A stretch of DNA of 64,000 nt from Brevundimonas sp. (GTDB lineage: Bacteria > Pseudomonadota > Alphaproteobacteria > Caulobacterales > Caulobacteraceae), in the NCBI RefSeq assembly GCF_036400995.1, contig NZ_DASWWG010000017.1:5799-69798 (forward strand). The letters run 5' to 3'. The notes under the pieces were generated by a model that ran no database searches, had not been told where the DNA came from, and was given only the letters and a program-made list of their open reading frames with translations. Position 1 is the stretch's first letter. Each line of letters opens with the position of its first letter. Below, in pieces: positions 18,269 to 27,481 of the stretch. The translations under genes were made by a program, and so were the position numbers.

Positions 18269-19081
18269 ATGACTGACGCCGTCGCCCCTCCCCCCGCCAA
18301 GGCCTCGCCCTTCCACGAGCTTGAGGTCCTGACCGTCCATCACTGGACCGACCAGCTGTTCAGCTTCCGCATCCGCCGCCCGGAGGATTTCCGCTTCCGA
18401 TCCGGCGAGTTCGTGATGATCGGCCTGCCCGGCGAAGACGGCGGCAAGCCCGTCCTGCGCGCCTACTCCATCGCCTCCCCGCACTGGGACGAGGAGCTGG
18501 AGTTCTTCTCCATCAAGGTGCCCGACGGCCCCCTGACCTCGCGCCTGCAGAAGATCCAGCCGGGCGACACCGTCCTGATGGGCAAGAAGCCGACCGGCAC
18601 ACTGGTCCTCGACGCCCTGACCGGCGGCGAGCGCCTCTGGCTGATCGGCACCGGCACCGGACTGGCCCCCTGGCTCTCGGTCGCCCGCGACCCGGACACC
18701 TACAGCCGCTTCGGCCAGGTCATCGTCTGCCACACCGTCCGCAACGTGGCCGACCTGGCCTACCGCGACTTCTTCACCCACGGCATCCACGAGGACCCGC
18801 TGGTCGGCGACGAGGCGAAGGCCCAGCTGGTCTACTACCCAACCGTCACCCGCGAGAAGTTCGAGACCCCGGGTCGGATCACCGACCGCATCAAGTCCGG
18901 CGACGTCTTCGCCGACCTGCAACTGCCCATCGGCTTCTCGCCCAACACCGACCGCGTCATGCTGTGCGGCTCGATGGCCATGATCAAGGAAACCGGCGAA
19001 CTGCTGGAGACCTATGGCCTCAAGGAGGGCTCGAACGCCGAGCCCGGCGACTATGTTCTGGAGCGCGCCTTTGTCGGCTGA
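18269..19081 (+). CDS. fpr: Ferredoxin-NADP+ reductase (bacterial Fpr type)
   Basis: True start is ATG at 18269 (MTDAVAPPPAKASPFHELEVLTV). The upstream part of the track ORF translates repeat and intergenic DNA. Motifs: RAYSIAS (FAD), LWLIGTGTGLAPWLS (NADP), C-terminal YVLERAFVG. Confidence 0.85.
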   Translation: MTDAVAPPPAKASPFHELEVLTVHHWTDQLFSFRIRRPEDFRFRSGEFVMIGLPGEDGGKPVLRAYSIASPHWDEELEFFSIKVPDGPLTSRLQKIQPGDTVLMGKKPTGTLVLDALTGGERLWLIGTGTGLAPWLSVARDPDTYSRFGQVIVCHTVRNVADLAYRDFFTHGIHEDPLVGDEAKAQLVYYPTVTREKFETPGRITDRIKSGDVFADLQLPIGFSPNTDRVMLCGSMAMIKETGELLETYGLKEGSNAEPGDYVLERAFVG

Positions 19082-19088
19082 GTCCCCC

Positions 19089-19409
19089 GTGATCGTCCCC
19101 ATCGACGCCCGCGTCGCCCCGGAAGACTGCCTGACCATGGCCGAGGTCCGCCACGGCGTGGACGCGCTGGACCGCGCCCTCGTGACCCTGCTGGCCGAGC
19201 GTCAGCGCTACATGCACGCCGCCGCGCGCATCAAGCCCAGCCGCGACGTCGTCCATGACGACGCCCGCATCGAGGATGTGGTGACCAAGGTGCTCGCCGC
19301 CGCCGCCCCCGCGGGCCTCTCGGCCGACATCGCCGAGCCGGTCTGGCGCACCCTCATCGACCGCTGCATCGCCCACGAGTTCAGCGTCTGGGACAAGACC
19401 CGGGCCTGA
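19089..19409 (+). CDS. Chorismate mutase family protein (small AroQ / PchB-like)
   Basis: PEDCLTMAEVRHGVDALDRALVTLLAERQRYMHAAARIK, then EPVWRTLIDRCIAHE. GTG at 19089 lies just after the fpr stop and keeps the conserved PEDC segment. ATG at 19137 is an alternative start. Confidence 0.7.
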   Translation: MIVPIDARVAPEDCLTMAEVRHGVDALDRALVTLLAERQRYMHAAARIKPSRDVVHDDARIEDVVTKVLAAAAPAGLSADIAEPVWRTLIDRCIAHEFSVWDKTRA

Positions 19410-19414
19410 CGTTC

Positions 19415-19448
19415 CTCCCCCACCGGGGGAGCGGGACCGCGAAGCGGT
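19415..19448. repeat. Repeat-family hairpins between convergent genes (probable bidirectional terminator)
   Basis: CTCCCCC-ACC-GGGGGAG (19415-19431) followed by ACCGC-GAA-GCGGT and GGAGGGG. The tail GGGACCGCGAAGCGGTGGAGGGG resembles GGGACCGCCCGGGCATCGCCCGGGTGGTGGAGGGGG at 13781-13816. Confidence 0.5.
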
Positions 19449-19467
19449 GGAGGGGCGCCTGCGGAGG

Positions 19468-19821
19468 CTACCCCTTCAAGCTCCTCAGCATGATCTCATG
19501 CCGGTAGGCCGCCACATCGGCCAGGGCGATCTCCAGCTGATCCCTGACCCGGTCCAGCAGCGGCGGCGCCTCGCCCTTGTCCGCCTGCTCCGCCGTCTGG
19601 CAGGCCTGCGCCAGGGCATCCGCCCCGATCCCCGCCGCCGCGCCGCGGATGGTGTGCACCGCGTCGCGCCAGCCCTCTTCCCGGACATCCAGCAGCGGCG
19701 ACCACATCGCCGCCTGCTGGCCGAACAGGCCCAGGACCTCGTCGGTGATCGCGTCCTCGCCGCCGGTCATCCGCTCCAGAACGGAGAAGTCGACCGCCCC
19801 CGACAGGTCCCGGCGCGCCAT
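19468..19821 (-). CDS. Single-domain histidine phosphotransfer (Hpt) protein
   Basis: 117 aa from ATG at 19821 (MARRDLSGAVDFSVLERM). Hpt motif HTIRGAAAGIGADALAQACQ. The start overlaps the stop of the upstream permease (TGATG at 19819-19823). Confidence 0.7.
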   Translation of the reverse strand: MARRDLSGAVDFSVLERMTGGEDAITDEVLGLFGQQAAMWSPLLDVREEGWRDAVHTIRGAAAGIGADALAQACQTAEQADKGEAPPLLDRVRDQLEIALADVAAYRHEIMLRSLKG

Positions 19822-21317
19822 CAGCCCGCCTGCTCCTCGCCCTTGGCCAGCCGCGAGTTCCGCGACGACCAGAGGAGGTAGATCGCCAGACCGATAGCGT
19901 TCCAGATCAGGAACGCGACCTGCGTCGAGGTCCGCAGGCTGAAGAAGAAGATGATGCAGCCGACGATGGTGACGCCGCCCACCAGCCACCACAGGGGGGC
20001 CTTGAACACGCGGGGCCGGTTCGGGTCACGGACGCGCAGCACGATCAGGCTGACACCCACCGCAAGGAAGGCCGCCAGCGTCCCGGCATTGGCCAGCGAC
20101 GCCAGTTCGCCCAGCGTCATGATCCCGCCCAGCGCCGCCACGACGATGGCGGTGAAGACGGTCACGACCACCGGAATGCCCCGGCTCGAGACCTTGGCCA
20201 GGCGGCGCGGCAGCAGGCCGTCGCGCGCCATGCCCAGGAAGATGCGGCTCTGCCCGAACAGGAAGGCCAACAGCACGGTCGGCAGGGCGATGACCGCCAC
20301 CGCCGCCATCGCCTGTGCGAAGAAGGGCTGCCCCAGCTGGCGCAGGATCAGCGACAGCGGCTCGCGGCTGGTGGCGAAGGCCTCGGTCGGGCTGGCGCCC
20401 ACCGCTGCGGCGGCGACCAGCAGATACAGGGCCGTGCAGACGACCATCGAACCGATGATGCCGATAGACAGGTCGCGCTTCGGATTCTTGGTCTCCTCCG
20501 CCGCCGTCGAGATGGCGTCGAAACCGTAGAAGGCGAAGAAGATGATCGCCGCGGCGGCCATGACGCCGGCCTGCACCGGCGCCTGCCCCGTCAGCTGCTC
20601 CTGGAACGGGAAGGACGGCGCTCCGAAGCCCTGGGGCATGAAGGGCGTGAAGTGATCGGGATTGAACGCCGGCAGGGCGATCGCGACGAAAACCACCAGC
20701 GCCAGAATCTTGATCACCACCAGTACGGCGTTCAGCAGCGCGCTTTCGCGGGTGCCCAGCAGAAGCAGGCCGGTCACCACCGCGATGATGAAGACGGCCG
20801 GGAGGTTGATCAGTCCCTGCTCGGGCGTCCAGCCCTGGAAGGCCGCGACGATCCCGTTCTCGAACGACAGATGGACGCCCTTGGTCAGATAGACGGGCAG
20901 GTCCAGTCCCAACCCGGCCAGGAAGGCGTCGGCATAGCCCGACCAGCCGACAGCCACCGCCGAAACGACCAGCGAGTACTCCAGGATCAGGCTCCAGCCG
21001 ACCACCCAGGCGATCGCCTCGCCCAGCACGGCGTAGGAGTAGGTATAGGCGCTGCCCGCGGCGGGCATCATGGTCGACAGTTCGGCATAGGCCAGGGCCG
21101 CACAGGCGCAGACCACGCCCGCCAGAACGAAGCTGATCATGACCGCCGGCCCGGCCAGCCCCGCGCCTTCGCCGATCAGGGTCAGGATGCCGGTGCCGAC
21201 AATGGCGCCGACGCCCAGCGCCATCAGGTGCGGCCAGCCCAGCGTCTTCTTCAGCGCCGGTCCGTCGTGCGGCGCCAGCATCGCGTCGATCGAGCGACGG
21301 CGGTTCCAGAAGGCCAT
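19821..21317 (-). CDS. APC-superfamily amino acid permease
   Basis: 498 aa and about 12 hydrophobic segments. N-terminal LKKTLGWPHLMALGVGAIVGTGILTLIGEGA is typical of amino-acid / cationic amino-acid permeases. Confidence 0.85.
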   Translation of the reverse strand: MAFWNRRRSIDAMLAPHDGPALKKTLGWPHLMALGVGAIVGTGILTLIGEGAGLAGPAVMISFVLAGVVCACAALAYAELSTMMPAAGSAYTYSYAVLGEAIAWVVGWSLILEYSLVVSAVAVGWSGYADAFLAGLGLDLPVYLTKGVHLSFENGIVAAFQGWTPEQGLINLPAVFIIAVVTGLLLLGTRESALLNAVLVVIKILALVVFVAIALPAFNPDHFTPFMPQGFGAPSFPFQEQLTGQAPVQAGVMAAAAIIFFAFYGFDAISTAAEETKNPKRDLSIGIIGSMVVCTALYLLVAAAAVGASPTEAFATSREPLSLILRQLGQPFFAQAMAAVAVIALPTVLLAFLFGQSRIFLGMARDGLLPRRLAKVSSRGIPVVVTVFTAIVVAALGGIMTLGELASLANAGTLAAFLAVGVSLIVLRVRDPNRPRVFKAPLWWLVGGVTIVGCIIFFFSLRTSTQVAFLIWNAIGLAIYLLWSSRNSRLAKGEEQAG

Positions 21318-21493
21318 GATCTGCGTTTCCCCTCGCCGCTTCCCGCGGCTGATTCCGCCCCGACCCTAGCTCCTCCTGCGACAAACCGAAACGGACACGA
21401 AAAAGCCGCTTGCGTTCCGATCGGCGAGCCTCTATCTCCCGCCCCTCGCCGACGCCGGTCCCGACCGACCGTCAGCGTGAAGACGATGAGTCC

Positions 21494-21569
<76 letters not shown>

Positions 21570-21637
21570 TCGTCCTTCTTTCCCTCCACCGCCAACCTGC
21601 CTAGGGTCGCCCCGCTTACTGGCGGAGGGATTCTCAT

Positions 21638-23974
21638 ATGCGGCATCTCGGAATGGCGGCGGTGTTCGCCACCCTCACCCTTTCGGGCTGCGCCACGGCG
21701 CAGGAGGCGCCCCCTGCTCCGCCTTCGCCCTATGATGCGGTCGATCCCTTCATCGGCACCTCGGGCAAGGGGCATACCTTCCCCGGCGCCGTCGCGCCCT
21801 TCGGCATGGTCCAGCTCAGCCCGGACACCGACTTCCGCCCGTTCCGCCAGTCCTATGACTGGGCGGCCGGCTATCGCTACGACGACCCGACCATCCTCGG
21901 CTTCTCCCATACCCATTTCTCGGGCACCGGCCATTCGGACCTCGGCGACGTCCTGATCACCCCGATCTCGGGCGAGGTGCGCTGGGATCCGGGCGATCCG
22001 GCCCAGCCGGGCTCGGGCTACCGCTCACGCTACAACAAGGCCTCGGAAGTCGCGGAGCCCGGCTATTACGCCGTCAGCCTGACCGACTCCGGCGTGCGCG
22101 CCGAACTGACCGCGGGCGTCCGCGTCGGCCTGCACCGGTACAGCTTCCCGCGCTCGGCCCCCGCCCGCATCCTGCTGGACTTCCGCCCGTCCATCTATGA
22201 CTACCCGGGCAAGGTGCTGTGGTCGCGCATCCGGGTGCACCCCGACGGCACCGTCACCGGCTTCCGCGAGACCCGCGGCTGGGCCCCCGGCCGCCAGCTC
22301 TATTTCGCCATGCGCTTCTCCAAGCCCCTGGTCGGCTACCAGCTGCAGGACCGGGACACCGAGGCGCCGTACCGCGGCTTCCGTCAGCCGGGCCGCACCA
22401 TGGACGACCGCGCCCAGGTGCAGGGCCGCCAGCTTGAGGCCGCGTTCGACTTCGGCTCCATCACCGGCCCGCTGCTGGTCCAGGTCGCCGTCTCCTCGGT
22501 CGACGAGGAGGGGGCCATCCGCAATCTGGAGTCCGAGGGCGGGACCTTCGACTTCGACGGCGTCCGGGCCCAGAGCCGCGCCGCCTGGTCCGACGCCCTC
22601 GGCGCCGTGGACATCACCGCGCCGGAAGAGATGCGGACCAGCCTGTACACCGCCCTGTACCACTCGCTGATCGCCCCGTCGGTGCACGGCGATGCGGACG
22701 GCCGCTGGCGGGGGCCGGACAACGCCGTCCACCAGTCGGACTTCACCGTCCACTCGACCTTCAGCCTGTGGGACACCTTCCGCGCCCAGCATCCGCTGCT
22801 GACGCTGGTCCAGCCGGACAGCCGCAACGCCGACATGGTCAACTCCCTGCTGGCCGCCCAGCAGGTCAGCCCCTACGGCATCCTGCCGGTCTGGTCGTTC
22901 GCGGGTCAGGAGACCTGGACGATGATCGGCTATCACGCCGTGCCGGTCATCGCCGACGCCTACCTGAAGGGCATCGACGGCATCGACGGCGAGGCCGCGC
23001 TCGAGGCCATGGTCGCCAGCGCCACCTACCGCCCCTACGGCGGTCTGGGCGACTATATGGATCTGGGCTGGGCCCCGATCGACCGCGAGCCCGAGGCCGC
23101 CTCCAAGACCGTCGAGTACGCCTATGACGACTGGACCATCGCCCGCATGGCCCAGCGTCTGGGCCGCGCCGACGTCCAGGCTCAGTTCGACCGCCGGGCA
23201 GGCAACTGGCGCAACACCTTCGATGCGGAGACCGGCTTCGTCCGCGCCCGTCTGGCCGACGGGACCTTCCGCACGCCCTTCGATCCGACCGCGATCAACT
23301 ACGGCTCCGACTACACCGAGGGCAACGCCTGGCAGTATTCGTGGTTCGTGCCCCAGGACATGGCCGGCCTGATCACCGCCATGGGCGGCGACGAGGCCAC
23401 CGTCGCCAAGCTCGACGCCATGTTCGACTATGACAACACCGGGCTGGACTACTCCCACGCCGAGGACATCGCCGGCCTGATCGGCCAGTACATCCACGGC
23501 AACGAGCCCAGCCACCACTCGGCCTACGCCTATGTCTTCGCCGGCGCGCCCTGGCGCACCCAGGCCCGGCTGAAGCAGATCATGGACACCCAGTACCACT
23601 CGGGTCCGGCCGGTCTGGCGGGCAATGACGACGTCGGCCAGATGTCGGCCTGGCTGATGTTCACGGCCCTGGGCTTCTACCCGGTCACCCCGGCCTCGGG
23701 TCAGTACGTCATCGGCCGCCCGTTCGTGGAGCGGGCGGTGCTGAACCTGCCCAACGGCAATCGCTTCACCATCTCCACCGAGGGGCTGGCGGACGAGAAC
23801 CTCTACGTCCAGTCGGTCACCCTGAACGGCCGTCCGCTGAACCGCACCTGGATCGGCCACGACGAGATCCAGGCCGGGGGCGAGCTGCACTTCGTCATGG
23901 GCCCGCAGCCGAACCTGATCTGGGGCACGACTGCGGCCGAGCGCCCCTATGCGATGAGCGGTTACGGACGGTGA
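21638..23974 (+). CDS. GH92-family alpha-mannosidase, lipoprotein
   Basis: Lipobox LTLSGC. DPFIGTSGKGHTFPGAVAPFGMVQLSPDT. YIHGNEPSHHSAYAY. 778 aa, typical of GH92. Confidence 0.85.
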   Translation: MRHLGMAAVFATLTLSGCATAQEAPPAPPSPYDAVDPFIGTSGKGHTFPGAVAPFGMVQLSPDTDFRPFRQSYDWAAGYRYDDPTILGFSHTHFSGTGHSDLGDVLITPISGEVRWDPGDPAQPGSGYRSRYNKASEVAEPGYYAVSLTDSGVRAELTAGVRVGLHRYSFPRSAPARILLDFRPSIYDYPGKVLWSRIRVHPDGTVTGFRETRGWAPGRQLYFAMRFSKPLVGYQLQDRDTEAPYRGFRQPGRTMDDRAQVQGRQLEAAFDFGSITGPLLVQVAVSSVDEEGAIRNLESEGGTFDFDGVRAQSRAAWSDALGAVDITAPEEMRTSLYTALYHSLIAPSVHGDADGRWRGPDNAVHQSDFTVHSTFSLWDTFRAQHPLLTLVQPDSRNADMVNSLLAAQQVSPYGILPVWSFAGQETWTMIGYHAVPVIADAYLKGIDGIDGEAALEAMVASATYRPYGGLGDYMDLGWAPIDREPEAASKTVEYAYDDWTIARMAQRLGRADVQAQFDRRAGNWRNTFDAETGFVRARLADGTFRTPFDPTAINYGSDYTEGNAWQYSWFVPQDMAGLITAMGGDEATVAKLDAMFDYDNTGLDYSHAEDIAGLIGQYIHGNEPSHHSAYAYVFAGAPWRTQARLKQIMDTQYHSGPAGLAGNDDVGQMSAWLMFTALGFYPVTPASGQYVIGRPFVERAVLNLPNGNRFTISTEGLADENLYVQSVTLNGRPLNRTWIGHDEIQAGGELHFVMGPQPNLIWGTTAAERPYAMSGYGR

Positions 23975-24008
23975 TCGCCGCCGCCCGACGCGGCTAACGC
24001 CCCGTTCA

Positions 24009-24034
24009 CTCTCCGGCCGTAAAGCGCCGGAGAG
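24009..24034 (+). terminator. Hairpin after the GH92 gene
   Basis: CTCTCCGGC-CGTAAAGC-GCCGGAGAG, a perfect 9-bp stem with an 8-nt loop. There is no clear T tract. Confidence 0.4.
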
Positions 24035-24060
24035 GGCCGCGCGTTACTGCGGTCCGGTGT

Positions 24061-25677
24061 GTGTGGAGTAATCGCGTGGCTGACCGTCGGACGTGGACGA
24101 CCTTCCGGGTCGCGGTCATCCTCGTCGCCCTCGCCTGCGTCGGCATGCTGGCGGTGCTGGCCGTGGTCGGGACCTCGATCGACAACCACCAGCGCCGCAA
24201 GGAGCAGCAGCTGGTCGAGCTGCGCGTCGCCGGCGCCCTGAACGGCGTCACCACCGACCTCACCGCCGCCACCATCTGGGACGAGGCCGTCGTGCGGCTG
24301 GTCGCCCGCGACGCCGACTGGTTCGACAACCACCTCGGCGCCTTCTACGCGATCCAGAGCGGCCATTCGGCCACCGTGGCCTATGACGACCAGGGCCGTC
24401 TGATCCGCGTCAGCCTGGCGGGCAAGGCGGCCGGCGCCGATCCGGCCAACCCCTTCGCCCGCGCCGCCGCCACCCTGGTCACGGATGTCCGCAACCGGGC
24501 CGCCGTCCGGGACCGCTCGGCCGTCGACATGAAGGCCGTGCGCCTGCGCAGCGGCGTCGTCGGCGTCGGCGGCAAGACCTGGCTCGCCGCCGCCTCCACG
24601 GTCGTACGCCACACCGCCGACGGCCCGGTCCCCGCCTCCGATCCGGTCGTCGCCTCGTTCAAGCCGTTCGAGACCGTGGTCGCCCCGCTCGGGACCGAGC
24701 TCGGCCTCAAGGACGCCGCCTACCGCCCGGGCGCCGACCGCCCGGCGCTGGACAACCGACAGACCGGCATCGCCGTGCGCGACATCGAGGGCCATGTGCT
24801 GGGCTGGATCGTCTGGACGCCAGAGGCGCCCGGCGCCCGCATCCTGCGCGACGCCGCCCCCATCCTGCTGATCCTGACCCTCGCCACCCTGCTGGCCGCC
24901 AGCCTTCTGTTCCGCCGCGTGGCCGACACCGTGCGCCGCCTGACCGAGAGCGAACAGGCCCTCGCCGCCGCCCTGCACAAGGCCGAGGCGGGCAGCGCCG
25001 CCAAGTCCCGCTTCCTGTCCAACATCAGCCACGAGCTCCGCACCCCGCTGAACGGGGTGCTGGGCATCGCCCAGGTCATCGAGGACGACCTGCTGACGCC
25101 GCAACAGCGCGACCGCATGGCCCTGCTCAAGGAGGCGGGAAAGGCGCAGTTGCGGCTGATCGAGAACCTGCTGGTCGCCATGCGGCTGCAGAACGAGGCC
25201 GTGGTCCTGAACCCTCGCCCCTTCTCGCCCGACCAGCTGCTGCGCCAGATGGCGGCGGACTATCGCGGCGGCGCGACGGCGAAGGGGCTCAAGCTCAGGG
25301 TCGAGACCAGGGCCCCCACCCGCCGCCTCGGCGACGAGGGCCAGATCGCGCGGCTGGTCGAGCCGATCCTCGACAACGCCGTCCGCTTCACCCCCGAGGG
25401 CGCGGTCACCCTGCGCACGCGCGAGACCAACAACGCCCTGATCTTCGAGATCGCCGACACCGGCCCCGGCGTCCCGCCCGAGGTCGTCGCCGACCTGTTC
25501 ACCGCCTTCACCCAGGCCGACGAAAGCTCCACCCGCTCCACCGACGGCGCCGGTCTGGGTCTGGCCATCAGCCACGGCCTGACCACCGTCATGGGCGGCC
25601 GCATCGAGGTGGAGAGCACCACCGGCGGCAGCCTGTTCCGGGTCACCCTGCCGCTGCCGTCGGCGGGGACAGACTAG
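24061..25677 (+). CDS. Membrane sensor histidine kinase (orphan; no adjacent response regulator)
   Basis: TM segments (RVAVILVALACVGMLAVLAVVG; APILLILTLATLLAASLLF) bracket a ~230-aa extracytoplasmic domain. H-box FLSNISHELRTPLNGVLG. DTGPGV, GAGLGLAIS. There is no receiver domain. GTG start. Confidence 0.8.
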   Translation: MWSNRVADRRTWTTFRVAVILVALACVGMLAVLAVVGTSIDNHQRRKEQQLVELRVAGALNGVTTDLTAATIWDEAVVRLVARDADWFDNHLGAFYAIQSGHSATVAYDDQGRLIRVSLAGKAAGADPANPFARAAATLVTDVRNRAAVRDRSAVDMKAVRLRSGVVGVGGKTWLAAASTVVRHTADGPVPASDPVVASFKPFETVVAPLGTELGLKDAAYRPGADRPALDNRQTGIAVRDIEGHVLGWIVWTPEAPGARILRDAAPILLILTLATLLAASLLFRRVADTVRRLTESEQALAAALHKAEAGSAAKSRFLSNISHELRTPLNGVLGIAQVIEDDLLTPQQRDRMALLKEAGKAQLRLIENLLVAMRLQNEAVVLNPRPFSPDQLLRQMAADYRGGATAKGLKLRVETRAPTRRLGDEGQIARLVEPILDNAVRFTPEGAVTLRTRETNNALIFEIADTGPGVPPEVVADLFTAFTQADESSTRSTDGAGLGLAISHGLTTVMGGRIEVESTTGGSLFRVTLPLPSAGTD

Positions 25678-25678
25678 G

Positions 25679-26050
25679 TCAGGTCCGGAAGGCGCAGGCC
25701 ACAGGTTCGAACTGGCGAAGCACCAGAAGGCCGTCCTCTCCCCGTCCTGCGATCCAGACGCTGAACGTGTCGCACTGACCGTCTTCCCGCGCCCGCTGGT
25801 AGAGCCTCATCTCGCCACTGTCAGCGACTAGACGCCAGTTCGCCGTCAGAAGCGTCTCATAGTAGGCGCTGACCCGCGCAAGCGGTAGGTAGACACAATG
25901 GGGATATCGCGCCGGCGGGGCGTCGCAGGTCGCATCGATCGTCGCGCCCTCGAAGGTCGGCAGGTCCAGCGTCCATGGGACCTGCACTGCTTCCCGCCCC
26001 TGTTGCATCGTGAGCGCGACGGCGGCGAGCGTCGCCAGAAGCAGGCTCAC
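25679..26050 (-). CDS. Hypothetical small exported protein, translationally coupled to the GH47 gene
   Basis: A GTG at 26050 overlaps the GH47 stop (GTGA). Hydrophobic N-terminus SLLLATLAAVALT. Four Cys residues. I recognise no family motif. Confidence 0.45.
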   Translation of the reverse strand: MSLLLATLAAVALTMQQGREAVQVPWTLDLPTFEGATIDATCDAPPARYPHCVYLPLARVSAYYETLLTANWRLVADSGEMRLYQRAREDGQCDTFSVWIAGRGEDGLLVLRQFEPVACAFRT

Positions 26051-27444
26051 TTCACAAACCCCCGCAGCACGCACGCCTCGGTGCTCAGCTGCAGCCGGTT
26101 CAGGTCGATCCGCCGCGGCTCAGCGAACATGATGAAGTAGTACTTCATCTGCTCGGACCACCAGTAGCCGGGGCAGTTGTCGCCCTGCTCCATCGGGCGG
26201 GTCGTGATGTCCTTCAGGGAGGTGTAGCCGTAGGCCGCCTTCGAGGTGGCCTTCATGTTGCGATAGTGGATCGCCGTCAGGGCGCGATAGCGGTCGTCGC
26301 GGTCGCCCAGCCACAGGTTCAGGTAGGCGTCGGCGAACTCGGGGCGCAGGCCGGTGCCCTTGCCGCGCGGGGTGCGGGTCCGCACGTCCGTCGATTCCGG
26401 GATGATGACGTACTGTTCCTGCATCTCGGTGTAGGTGGCCAGGAAGTCGTCGCCGGCGGCCTTCAGCCCCACCTGACCCAGCAGCCCGGCCAGATAGCCG
26501 CCCAGCACCGTCTGCGAGTATGCGGTCGTCTCGGCGGTCTCATAATCCACCATCGGGAACCACAGGCGGCCGTCGAAGCGCTTGCCCTGATGGGCGACCA
26601 TCGCGCCCATGCACTCCTCGGCCCAGCGCTTCATGTCCGTGTCGCCGAACAGCTCCCAGCTGTCCCAGAGGTATTCGTAGAAGCTGTCCGCATAGACGTC
26701 GATCGAGGCGTTGCGGCTGGTGAACAGCCCCGTCTCGGCGTGGATGTTGGCGGCCATCAGCCCCTTCCCGGAGCGCATATCCAGCGCGTGCTTCATCGCC
26801 CGCTTGGCCGCCGCATAGTAGCGGTCGTCGCCGGTCAGCTGGCCCAGCACCCCGAACTCGGTCGCATAGGTGCCGATCTCGGCCAGATTGGTCTCCGGGT
26901 CGCGCACCGCCCCGGTCTTCAGGTTCACATAGCGGTACGGCAGGCCGTGCGGCGAGGCGTCGAAGGCCTTCATCAGCCGGTCGGCCAGATCCTTCGTCTT
27001 CTCCAGCAGCACCGGATCGCCGCACGCCAGGTAGGCCGAGATCAGACCGCCGACCAGGCGGATGTTGGTCTCGAACACCTGCGAGAAGGCGTCCACGTCG
27101 AACGACAGGCTGGACTTCACCCAGTCCACGCCCGCCTGGAACTCCTCGTCCAGCTCCATGATCCAGAGGGTGTCCAGCGCCTCGACCAGCGACAGGCCCA
27201 GGTCGTGGCCCTCGATGAAGAAGGACCGCGCCGTGCCCGAGACGGGATTGATCTCGTCCTTGCCCCAGGCCTTGGCGACATAGTGGTCCCAGGCCCATTT
27301 GAACTCGGCCTTCACATCGGCGCCCAGCGCCGCCCAATCCTCCGACTGCGCCGCCGCCCGCGCGGGCAACCCCGTCAGTCCGAGCGCGGCGAGGCCGCCT
27401 GAAAGAGCGAGGGCGTGGCGGCGAGTCAGTCGGTGCTGGGTCAT
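26047..27444 (-). CDS. GH47-family alpha-1,2-mannosidase with a Tat-type signal
   Basis: MTQHRLTRRHALALSGGLAALGLTGLPARAAAQ. GH47 blocks WDHYVAKAWGKDEINP, FETNIRLVGGLISAY, NLAEIGTYATEFGVL, YPGYWWSEQMKYY-type tail. ATG at 27444 is preferred over TTG at 27477. Confidence 0.8.
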   Translation of the reverse strand: MTQHRLTRRHALALSGGLAALGLTGLPARAAAQSEDWAALGADVKAEFKWAWDHYVAKAWGKDEINPVSGTARSFFIEGHDLGLSLVEALDTLWIMELDEEFQAGVDWVKSSLSFDVDAFSQVFETNIRLVGGLISAYLACGDPVLLEKTKDLADRLMKAFDASPHGLPYRYVNLKTGAVRDPETNLAEIGTYATEFGVLGQLTGDDRYYAAAKRAMKHALDMRSGKGLMAANIHAETGLFTSRNASIDVYADSFYEYLWDSWELFGDTDMKRWAEECMGAMVAHQGKRFDGRLWFPMVDYETAETTAYSQTVLGGYLAGLLGQVGLKAAGDDFLATYTEMQEQYVIIPESTDVRTRTPRGKGTGLRPEFADAYLNLWLGDRDDRYRALTAIHYRNMKATSKAAYGYTSLKDITTRPMEQGDNCPGYWWSEQMKYYFIMFAEPRRIDLNRLQLSTEACVLRGFVK

Positions 27445-27481
27445 TCCGCACCCTATCGCGCGACGCGCCGCCTGCAACGGT

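Noticed and set aside
21318-21493. A possible riboswitch or attenuator in the long leader of the amino-acid permease, including a GCCG...CGGC stem followed by TTTTT on the reverse strand near 21395-21420.
   Set aside because: The stem is short and I see no match to glycine, lysine or other amino-acid riboswitch cores. It cannot be supported without a covariance-model search.
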